A stretch of DNA of 64,000 nucleotides from an uncultured Acidobacteriota bacterium (lineage in GTDB: Bacteria; Acidobacteriota; Vicinamibacteria; Fen-336): NCBI GenBank assembly GCA_963720545.1, contig OY970399.1, positions 2,432,001-2,496,000 of the forward strand, given 5' to 3'. The notes under the pieces were generated by a model. It was not told the DNA's origin. It did no database searches and saw only the letters and a list, made by a program, of their open reading frames with translations. Position numbers and translations under genes: made by a program. Positions 10,262 to 17,749 of this stretch are shown here, one piece after another. How positions within the stretch are numbered: the first letter of the stretch is position 1; each line of letters opens with the position of its first letter.

Positions 10262-11133
10262 CGCACCGCTCCCAGCACCCGCGCCCGCGCGCCAGGCTGC
10301 GCGATCGTCACCAGCAGCTTGCGCTTCTCGGCATCGCCGGATTCGCTGTAGGTGAGCCGGTAGTGGGCGTTCAGGTCCGCCGCCACCTTGTTGAGGTTGA
10401 ACTCCATGCCCATCGCCGTCATCAGCCGCAGCTGCATGCCGCCGCTCTTGTCGGTGAGGTTCGCGAGCGCGTACTGCAGGTTGAAGGGCACGTCGCCGCC
10501 CTCGTTGATCTCGAGCACGTAGAAGATGTCGGCTTTGCCCAGCGACTCGTCGACCGCCTGCTCCTTGGTGCGGCTCGAGAAGTCGATGCCGGAGCCGGTG
10601 ATCACCACCACCGCGGTGCGCGCCGCTTCCTTCTTCGCGAGCTCCTTCGTCACCTCGACGATCCCGTCGAGGAGCGTGTTGCCGCCCTGCGGGTAAACGC
10701 GCCGCAACGCGGCGGTCGCCGCCGCGGGGTCGTCGCTCCATTCCACGCGCCGCGTCGGCCGGTCGCCGGTGGTCCACAGCATGTAGCGCGAGCCTTCCGG
10801 CAGCGAGCGCAGGAACGGCGCTATCGCCGGCACGATGTTGAGCCGGTATGCGCTGCTCAGAGCCTCGCTGCTGTCGATGATGAGCGCCAGCGACAGCGGC
10901 CGGGTGTCGATCGCGAGGTCCACCACTTCGCGGGCGATGCCGTTCTCCTCGACCGCGAGGTCGGTGGTCGACACCGACTTCACCGCGGCGCCGTCCTTGT
11001 CGGTGAGCGCCACCGACACCACCCGGTCCGAGGCGGCGGCCGCGGCGGCCGCCGACGCGAAGAGGGTCATTCCGAGCGCGCCGTTTCGCCCAAGCGCCAG
11101 TATCATCCTTTTAATGGCCATGCCAATGCTCAT
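10258..11133 (-). CDS. VWA domain protein with degenerate MIDAS
   Basis: VALTDKDG, LALIIDSSEAL, NTLLDGI, VVVITGSGID and HYRLTY. The true start may be a downstream Met. Confidence 0.75.
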   Translation of the reverse strand: MSIGMAIKRMILALGRNGALGMTLFASAAAAAAASDRVVSVALTDKDGAAVKSVSTTDLAVEENGIAREVVDLAIDTRPLSLALIIDSSEALSSAYRLNIVPAIAPFLRSLPEGSRYMLWTTGDRPTRRVEWSDDPAAATAALRRVYPQGGNTLLDGIVEVTKELAKKEAARTAVVVITGSGIDFSSRTKEQAVDESLGKADIFYVLEINEGGDVPFNLQYALANLTDKSGGMQLRLMTAMGMEFNLNKVAADLNAHYRLTYSESGDAEKRKLLVTIAQPGARARVLGAVR

Positions 11134-11181
11134 GTTGAGACGGGTGAGGATCGTCCGTCAAACTGCCGGAAGTAAAGAAGC

Positions 11182-11682
11182 GTGAAGCGCGCCATCGTCA
11201 TCACCGTGAGCGACTCGGTGCGTGCCGGCCGGCGCACCGACCTTTCGGGCGCCGCGGCACGCCGCTTCCTGGAGCAGGCGGGCCTCGCGGTGGGCGAGCC
11301 GGTGGTGGTCGCCGACGACCGTTCCGACGTCGCGGCAGCCATCCTCGCGGCGGCGGCCGCCGCCGAGCTGGTGGTGACGACCGGCGGCACCGGGCTGTCG
11401 CCGCGCGACCTGACGCCCGAAGCGACCTTCGACGTGATCGACCGGGAAGTCCCCGGCCTCGCCGAACAGATGCGCGCCAGCGGGCTCACCAGGACCCCGT
11501 TCGCCTCGTTGTCGCGGGGTGTCTGCGGCCTCATCGGCGCCACCCTCGTCATCAACCTGCCGGGCAGCCCTGCAGGCGTTGCGAGCGGGCTGGAGGCGAT
11601 CCGCAGCGTCCTGCGCCACGCCCTCGAGATCGCCGCGGGCAACACCGCGCACAGCGATGTTCCGGACCCGCCGCAGGGGTGA
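11182..11682 (+). CDS. MogA/MoaB molybdenum cofactor biosynthesis protein
   Basis: ITVSDS, TTGGTGLSPRDLTPEAT, SLSRG and NLPGSP. Confidence 0.92.
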   Translation: MKRAIVITVSDSVRAGRRTDLSGAAARRFLEQAGLAVGEPVVVADDRSDVAAAILAAAAAAELVVTTGGTGLSPRDLTPEATFDVIDREVPGLAEQMRASGLTRTPFASLSRGVCGLIGATLVINLPGSPAGVASGLEAIRSVLRHALEIAAGNTAHSDVPDPPQG

Positions 11683-11713
11683 GCCCGTGCGCTAGAGTGC
11701 CTGCGAGTACGCG

Positions 11714-12847
11714 ATGAGCGATCCAGGCGTCCTGCCGCAGCCGCTGCCGCCCGTGCCGCCAACGCGGCGCCGCGACACCATTGCGCTGGTGGTGGCGATG
11801 GCGGTCATCCTGCTGCTCTCGTACCTCGTGTTCCGGTCGTTCCTCATCGACATCGCCGTCGCGGGATCGGTGGCGGTGCTGCTCAACCCGCTGCACGTCC
11901 GCCTCACGCGGCTGCTGCGCCGCCAGGCGTGGGCTTCGGCGCTGCTGTTGTCATTTGCCTGCGTCGCCGCGCTACTGCTGCCGGTGTTGACCGCGGTGAC
12001 GGTGATGGGCCGCCAGGCGGTGGGCTTCGTCGAATGGTCAGCGCCCAAGCTGCAGCCCGACGAGCTGCGCGCGCTCATCCAGGAGCGCTTGCCGGAACGC
12101 TACCCGTCGCTGCGGCGCATCGACTCGAACACCGTGAGCCAGGTGGTCTCGGGCGCGCTGTCGCGGCTCGTCAGCGGGCTCAACCAGTTGGTGCAGGGCA
12201 TCGTCGGCCGGCTGACCTCGGCGCTCCTCGATTTCCTGCTGTTCGCGATGCTCGTGTTCTTCTTCCTGCGCGACGGGCCGCCCATCCGCCAGGTCATCCG
12301 CGCCATCTCGCCGCTCTCCGAGCAGCAGGAACACGACATCTTCGAGCACCTCGGGCGCACCGTGAAAGGCGTGGTGCAGGCCATGGTGCTGGTGCCGCTC
12401 GCCCAGGGCATCGTCGCCTGGCCGGCGTTTGCCATGCTGGGTGTGCCGTCGCCGCTCCTCTGGTCGTTCGGCGTGGTGCTCGCGGCGTTCGTCCCCATCC
12501 TCGGCAGCCCGCTCGGCTGGGTGCCGGCGGTCGTCTACCTGTTCCTGAACGGCGCCACCAGCAGCGCCACCATCCTGCTCGTGTACGGGGTCGTCGTCAT
12601 CAGCGGCATCGACAACGTGGTGAAGCCGATGGTGCTGCGCGGCGCGGCGCAGATCCATCCGCTGCTGGCGTTCCTCGCGACGATCGGCGGCTTGTTGTCG
12701 TTCGGCGCGGCCGGCTTCCTCGTGGGGCCGGTGGTGCTGTCGCTGCTGCTCTCGGCGCTCAGGATCTACACGGAGTTCATCAACCCCCGCCGCGTGGTCG
12801 CCGTCGGCGCACCAGCGCCCGGACCGATCGAAGTCGCCACCGAGTAG
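11714..12847 (+). CDS. AI-2E family transporter
   Basis: Multi-TM protein with FFFLRDG, IDNVVKP and IHPLLAFLATIGG. Confidence 0.88.
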   Translation: MSDPGVLPQPLPPVPPTRRRDTIALVVAMAVILLLSYLVFRSFLIDIAVAGSVAVLLNPLHVRLTRLLRRQAWASALLLSFACVAALLLPVLTAVTVMGRQAVGFVEWSAPKLQPDELRALIQERLPERYPSLRRIDSNTVSQVVSGALSRLVSGLNQLVQGIVGRLTSALLDFLLFAMLVFFFLRDGPPIRQVIRAISPLSEQQEHDIFEHLGRTVKGVVQAMVLVPLAQGIVAWPAFAMLGVPSPLLWSFGVVLAAFVPILGSPLGWVPAVVYLFLNGATSSATILLVYGVVVISGIDNVVKPMVLRGAAQIHPLLAFLATIGGLLSFGAAGFLVGPVVLSLLLSALRIYTEFINPRRVVAVGAPAPGPIEVATE

Positions 12848-12849
12848 CA

Positions 12850-13113
12850 ATGAAAGCCCGAGACCTGCTGACCGACGAGCTCGCGCGCGCCCGCGCCTTC
12901 AGGGACGCAACCCCCTACGCGCAGATCGCCGCGAGTTTCCTCATCAGCCTGCTGCTCTTCCTCAGCGGCGGACCGTGGCTCGATCACAAACTCGGCAGCG
13001 AGCCGGTGCTCTTCTGGACCGGCATCGTCGCTACGCTCTTCTCGTTCGGATTCCATCTCTGGCGGGTGTACCTGCAGGTCATCCAGCCGAAGCGGCGCAA
13101 GCGCCGCCACTAG
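12850..13113 (+). CDS. AtpZ/AtpI family small membrane protein, copy 1
   Basis: Two TM segments flanking GPWLDHKLGSEP, upstream of F0 genes. Start re-picked at ATG 12850. Confidence 0.7.
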   Translation: MKARDLLTDELARARAFRDATPYAQIAASFLISLLLFLSGGPWLDHKLGSEPVLFWTGIVATLFSFGFHLWRVYLQVIQPKRRKRRH

Positions 13114-13226
13114 TCGCTTGCGCAGTCGCCGGTCGTCATGGGGCTGTGGTAGTCTGCGCCTCGCTGTCGGACGCCCCGGACTGGCGTGCGAGGCTTCAAG
13201 GCAAGTTGCAACCAGATCGAGGCAAG

Positions 13227-13433
13227 ATGCGCGGCGTCAGCGACATAGCGCCTTATCTGTGGATCGGAAGCAGCTTGGCGGGAAGTGTCCTCGCGTGTGT
13301 GGCCGGCGGGTATGGCCTCGACCGGTTGCTGGGTACGGATCCCGCGTTCTTGCTCGCGGGTTCGGCTCTGGGGCTGGTGGCGGTTTTCTACCATCTCCGA
13401 CGCATCTACTTTGAGATGAGCCGCCGAACTTGA
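13227..13433 (+). CDS. AtpZ/AtpI family small membrane protein, copy 2
   Basis: GYGLDRLLGTDPAFLLAG between two TM segments. Its stop overlaps the TTG start of atpB. Confidence 0.75.
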   Translation: MRGVSDIAPYLWIGSSLAGSVLACVAGGYGLDRLLGTDPAFLLAGSALGLVAVFYHLRRIYFEMSRRT

Positions 13434-14668
13434 AACCGGAACGCTACATGTTTGCCGTGGTCGCCGTGGTCGCTGCCGTGATGATCGCCGCCGCCTGCGG
13501 CGCGCCCTCCGCGGCCGACCGCACCGCCGTCATGGCTGCGGCCGCGCTCTGCGGGTTCAACACACTCGTGGCGCATGGACTCACGGCCTGGGGAGCGCGC
13601 CGCTCCAACAAGACGTTCTTCACCGCAGTGCTGGTCGGCACGCTCCTGCGCCTCGCGCTTGTGCTCGGGTTCGTGTACCTGGCGCTCGGCGTCTTCAACC
13701 TGCCGCGCACACCGTTCGTCGCCACGCTGCTTGGACTCTTCACCTTGTTCATGGTGGCGGAGCTGAAGGTGCAGGCAAACGCGCTGAAGCGCGCGGCCGC
13801 AGCCATCTTTTTCACGGGCGCGCTCGCGAGCACGCAGGCCTTCGCCCAGGAACCGGCCGCCGCACCGCACCAGGAAGCGGCGCCACACCAGGAAGCTGCC
13901 GAGCATGGTGGCGGCCACGACGATCCGGCCGCGATCCTCATGCACCACGTGACCGACCAGCCGATCTTCGGCTTCCGCTCCAAGCACCTGCTGTTCTTTG
14001 CCCTGGTCGCCGGTCTGGTGCTGATCGCGGCGCGCGTGGCGGTCTCGAACTACGACCACAAGAAGGTGCCCAAGGGTCCCGCGGCGCTAGTCGAGACCAT
14101 CGTGTTGTTCATCCGCGACGAGATCGCCGAACGCAACATCGGCCACGGCGAGGGGACGCGCTGGACCCCCCTGCTCGCGAGCTTCTTCTTCTTTATTCTG
14201 ACCGCCGCGTTCGTCGGCCTGCTGCCGTTTTCGGCGACCTCCACCGGCAACATCGCGGTCACGGCCGCGCTCGCCACGGTCTCGCTGCTCGCCCAGCAGT
14301 GGGGCGGCATCGCCAAGCACGGCGTCTTCGGCCATTTCAAGAACCTCATCCCACACGGCATGCCCTGGCCGATCACGATCATCATGGTGCCAATCGAGAT
14401 CATCGGCGTGTTCACCAAGCCATTTGCGCTGATGATCCGGTTGTTCGCCAACATGATCGCCGGTCACATGGTGATCACCGCGCTGCTGCTGCTGATTCCG
14501 CTGATGGCGCGCATCAGCCTGGCGATGGGCCTGGTGACCTCGCCGGTCAGCATCGGCATCGCGCTCTTCATTATGGTGCTCGAGGTTCTTGTGGCGTTCA
14601 TCCAGGCTTATATTTTCACCCTGCTCACGGCGATCTTCATCGGGATGTACGTTCATCCCTCACACTAG
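13430..14668 (+). CDS. atpB: F0 ATP synthase subunit a with N-terminal AtpI-like membrane domain
   Basis: KPFALMIRLFANMIAGH carries the essential Arg; also ATSTGNI and LEVLVAFIQAYIFTLLT. About 118 extra hydrophobic residues precede it in frame. Confidence 0.93.
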   Translation: MKPERYMFAVVAVVAAVMIAAACGAPSAADRTAVMAAAALCGFNTLVAHGLTAWGARRSNKTFFTAVLVGTLLRLALVLGFVYLALGVFNLPRTPFVATLLGLFTLFMVAELKVQANALKRAAAAIFFTGALASTQAFAQEPAAAPHQEAAPHQEAAEHGGGHDDPAAILMHHVTDQPIFGFRSKHLLFFALVAGLVLIAARVAVSNYDHKKVPKGPAALVETIVLFIRDEIAERNIGHGEGTRWTPLLASFFFFILTAAFVGLLPFSATSTGNIAVTAALATVSLLAQQWGGIAKHGVFGHFKNLIPHGMPWPITIIMVPIEIIGVFTKPFALMIRLFANMIAGHMVITALLLLIPLMARISLAMGLVTSPVSIGIALFIMVLEVLVAFIQAYIFTLLTAIFIGMYVHPSH

Positions 14669-14695
14669 GCGCGATTTCAAGGAGGACTGAAGTTC

Positions 14696-14923
14696 ATGGA
14701 TCCCAAAGGTCTTGCGTATCTCTCGGCGGGTATCGGCGCCGGTCTCGCGATCATAGGCGGCGGTCTCGGTATCGGCCGGCTGGCCGCGTCGGCCATGGAA
14801 GGAATCGCGCGCCAACCCGGCGCCACCGGCGACATTCGAGGCGCGATGATCGTTGCCGCCGGCCTCATCGAAGGCGTGACCTTCCTCGCTCTCATCGTTT
14901 CGATCCTGCTTGCGACCAAGTAG
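14696..14923 (+). CDS. atpE: F0 ATP synthase subunit c
   Basis: Gly-rich helix, ARQP loop, ion-binding Glu in LIEG. GGAGG ribosome-binding site. Confidence 0.95.
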   Translation: MDPKGLAYLSAGIGAGLAIIGGGLGIGRLAASAMEGIARQPGATGDIRGAMIVAAGLIEGVTFLALIVSILLATK

Positions 14924-14932
14924 GACCGCGCC

Positions 14933-15478
14933 ATGATGTCGGTGGTGTGGACCTTAGCCGCCGCGGCGGCGGAAGGCGGCGGCCAGGGTGGGTTGATGGA
15001 CTTCAACGTCACCCTGTTCTGGGCGACCCTCGTGCTATTCGCGCTGTTCGCGTTCATCCTCGGCAAGTTCGGGTGGAAGCCCCTGCTGGCCATGGTCGAG
15101 GAACGCGAGGGCTTCGTGCGCAATGCGGTCGACAGCGCGGAGAAGGCGAATGCCGAGGCGCATTCCCTGCTCGAGAAGCACAAGGAGATGCTGCGCCAGG
15201 CCGGCCGCGAGCGCGAGGAGATCCTGAAGCGCACGCTGCAGGACGCCGAGGCGCTCAAGGCCGACCTCGCCGCCAAGGCGCGCGCCGAAAGCGAGAGCAT
15301 CGTCGCTCGCGCCCGCGAGCAGGTCGAGCGCGAGAAGAACCTCGCCATCCAGGAACTGCGCGGCCAGGTCGCCGACCTCGCCGTCGAAGCCGCGTCGCGG
15401 ATCGTCAAGTCCTCGATGACCCCCGACGCCCAGCGCCAGCTGGTCTCGGACTTTGTCACCAACCTTCCAAAAAGCTAA
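14933..15478 (+). CDS. atpF: F0 ATP synthase subunit b
   Basis: TM segment LFWATLVLFALFAFILGKFGWKPLL followed by a long charged coiled coil. Follows atpE. Confidence 0.93.
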   Translation: MMSVVWTLAAAAAEGGGQGGLMDFNVTLFWATLVLFALFAFILGKFGWKPLLAMVEEREGFVRNAVDSAEKANAEAHSLLEKHKEMLRQAGREREEILKRTLQDAEALKADLAAKARAESESIVARAREQVEREKNLAIQELRGQVADLAVEAASRIVKSSMTPDAQRQLVSDFVTNLPKS

Positions 15479-15549
15479 CGGATAGGAAGGGCAGCATCTT
15501 TTAGGCGGCGCTCACGCGCCGCGCTTCCGGGGAGAAGGAAAAGAACGGC

Positions 15550-15587
15550 ATCGTGAGTCGCGTTGGTTGCGACGCGCGACTCACGAT
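15550..15587. terminator. 13-bp inverted repeat between convergent genes, probable terminator
   Basis: ATCGTGAGTCGCG at 15550-15562 and CGCGACTCACGAT at 15575-15587. A T-rich tract follows on the minus strand. Confidence 0.6.
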
Positions 15588-17320
15588 TACTTCTCGTACA
15601 CAACCTTCCCGTTCCACACCGTCAGCTCGCACTTCATGTCCTTGATGCGAGCCGGCGGCACCGCATACGGGTCGACATCCCAGACCGCGATGTCGGCGTA
15701 CTTGCCAATTTCGAGCGACCCGGTCTTGTCCTCCAGGAACATCTGGCGCGCCACGTTGATCGTCTGAGCGCGCAGCGCCTGGTGCACGTCGATCGCCTCG
15801 GCGGTGCCGAACGGCGTCTTGCCGTAGACGCCGAGAAGCGTCTCGCGCGCCGTCGACGCCCAGATGCCGTACTGTGCCGGGAATGGCGTCACGGAATAGT
15901 CGGATGAGTTCGCCCACTTGATGCCGCGGGCGAGGAACGTCCTGAACGGGTTGAGCCGGGGCGAACGCGCTGCGCCGAACGTGCCCGCGTAGGTGTCGCC
16001 GATCCACCAGAGGAAGGTCGCGGACGGCTCCGGATAGCCGGCGTCCATGTCCTTCTGCAGGCGGGCCAGCACGTCCAGCGCGTGGTCGGTGGGCGCGACG
16101 GCGTGGATCAGGCCGTGGCGCAGGCCGCGCTTCGGCGCCGCGGCAAGCGCTTGGTCGTAGCTGTCGAGCACCCAGTCGAGGGCACGGTCGCCGACCGCAT
16201 GCGTGCTCACGTGCAGGCCGGCCTCGTGGACGGCGCGGATCTGCCGGCGGATGACCTGCGGATCGTAGGCGGGATAGCCGCTGTTGCCCTTGTCGGGTTC
16301 GGTGCGGTTCCTGAACCAGTCGCTCCACATCCAGGCGGTGCGCGCGCCGCCGCTGCCGTCCGAATAGAGCTTGACGCCGCCGAGGAACAGCTGGTCGTCG
16401 CCGGTCGCTTCCGGCGGGTGCGGCACGGACCGGACTTTTGCGATCGCCGCTGCTGCGGACGCTTCGGTCTGGCCGCCGCCCCAGAGCGCCATGACGCGCA
16501 CCGTGAGCGTGCCCTGCGCGTGCGCCTTGCCGTACGCCGTCCAGATCGCTTCGCCAATGTCGGGATCCTTGGCGCCGGTCATGCCGGAGCGGTTGAACTC
16601 CTTTGCCTGCGCCGCGATCGCCGCCACCCACTCGTCGGGGGTTGCGTCGGGGATGAGTTTGGTGACGAGATTCAACGCCGATTCCTTGAGGACGCCGGTC
16701 GGCGTGCCGTCGGCATCGCGGTCGATGGTGCCGCCTGGAGGGTCGGGCGTTTCCTTGCTGATCCTCGCGAGTGCCAGGGCCGCGCTGTTGGCGACTCCGT
16801 AGTGGCCGGTGGTGTGGCCCAGCCACATCGGCCGTCCCGCGGAAGCGGCGTCGAGATCGGAGGCACGCAGGTAGCGCCGCTCGGCCAGCTTGCTCTCGTC
16901 CCAGCCAGCGCCGAGGATCCAGCCGCCCGCGGGCGTCTTCGCAGCGCGTTCCTTCACCAGCGCCACCGCATCCGCCACGCTCTTGACGTTGGGGTAGGAC
17001 ATCTGGATATTGAGCAGCACGTCGAGCCCGCTGCTCGCGAGGTGGTTGTGCGCGTCCATCAACCCCGGGGTGACGCCGCGGCCCGCAAGGTCGATGACGC
17101 GGGTCCTGGGGCCGATGAACGGCTTGACCTCAGCATCGGTGCCCACCGCGACGATGCGCTCGCCGCGCACCGCGAGCGCCTGGACAACGCTGTCCTGCGC
17201 GTCCACCGTGATCACCCGCCCGTTCGTGAGCACGAGGTCCGCCGGCTCGTCAGGCGCGGCGCCGAGCGTGGCGGCGAACAGGAAGAGCGCGACCGGCATC
17301 GTCATCAAGTGGTTTTTCAT
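15587..17320 (-). CDS. Secreted amidohydrolase-3 (YtcJ-like) metallohydrolase
   Basis: ADLVLTNG, PGLMDAHNH, VKLYSDGS, HAVGD and GSLEIGKYAD. Signal peptide after Met 17320. Confidence 0.9.
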   Translation of the reverse strand: MKNHLMTMPVALFLFAATLGAAPDEPADLVLTNGRVITVDAQDSVVQALAVRGERIVAVGTDAEVKPFIGPRTRVIDLAGRGVTPGLMDAHNHLASSGLDVLLNIQMSYPNVKSVADAVALVKERAAKTPAGGWILGAGWDESKLAERRYLRASDLDAASAGRPMWLGHTTGHYGVANSAALALARISKETPDPPGGTIDRDADGTPTGVLKESALNLVTKLIPDATPDEWVAAIAAQAKEFNRSGMTGAKDPDIGEAIWTAYGKAHAQGTLTVRVMALWGGGQTEASAAAAIAKVRSVPHPPEATGDDQLFLGGVKLYSDGSGGARTAWMWSDWFRNRTEPDKGNSGYPAYDPQVIRRQIRAVHEAGLHVSTHAVGDRALDWVLDSYDQALAAAPKRGLRHGLIHAVAPTDHALDVLARLQKDMDAGYPEPSATFLWWIGDTYAGTFGAARSPRLNPFRTFLARGIKWANSSDYSVTPFPAQYGIWASTARETLLGVYGKTPFGTAEAIDVHQALRAQTINVARQMFLEDKTGSLEIGKYADIAVWDVDPYAVPPARIKDMKCELTVWNGKVVYEK

Positions 17321-17366
17321 TGGCAATCCGGTCCGTAAGCTATCATTCGCCGCCAGCGAGGTGCTC

Positions 17367-17702
17367 GTGTCCCAACGTGAGGTCGAGGTCGCGAAAATCT
17401 TCAAGGGGCTGCCGAAGCTCTTCCAGAAGGGCGTGGTCACGACACCGCGCACCTTCTATTTCTCGCTGGATGACGACGCGAAGTGGAGCGTCTCGCTCGG
17501 CACGGACAAGTGCGAAGTGAAGGAAGGCAAGCCGTCGCAGGACGCCGACTGCTTCTTCAAGAGCACGAAGGAGCTGTTCCTCGAGGTCTGGGCCGGCAAG
17601 CACACGCCGTCCGCCAGCGACTTCCTCATGGGCCGCATCAAGAGCAACAACCCGCTGCTCCTCAAGGACTTCGTCGCCGCGTTTCGCAAGAAGGCGAAGT
17701 AG
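17367..17702 (+). CDS. SCP2 sterol/lipid-binding-like small protein
   Basis: TFYFSL, VKEGK, ADCFF and FLMGRIKSN follow the SCP2 pattern. GTG start is approximate. Confidence 0.6.
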   Translation: MSQREVEVAKIFKGLPKLFQKGVVTTPRTFYFSLDDDAKWSVSLGTDKCEVKEGKPSQDADCFFKSTKELFLEVWAGKHTPSASDFLMGRIKSNNPLLLKDFVAAFRKKAK

Positions 17703-17749
17703 CGGCGTTAGACTTGCAGGGGATACGCCAGGAATGCGGGTGAGAGTCG

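Noticed and set aside
12850..15478. Na+-translocating N-ATPase operon
   Set aside because: No flanking atpDC or atpAG genes are present, and subunit c lacks the Na+-binding Gln/Glu and Ser/Thr ligands.
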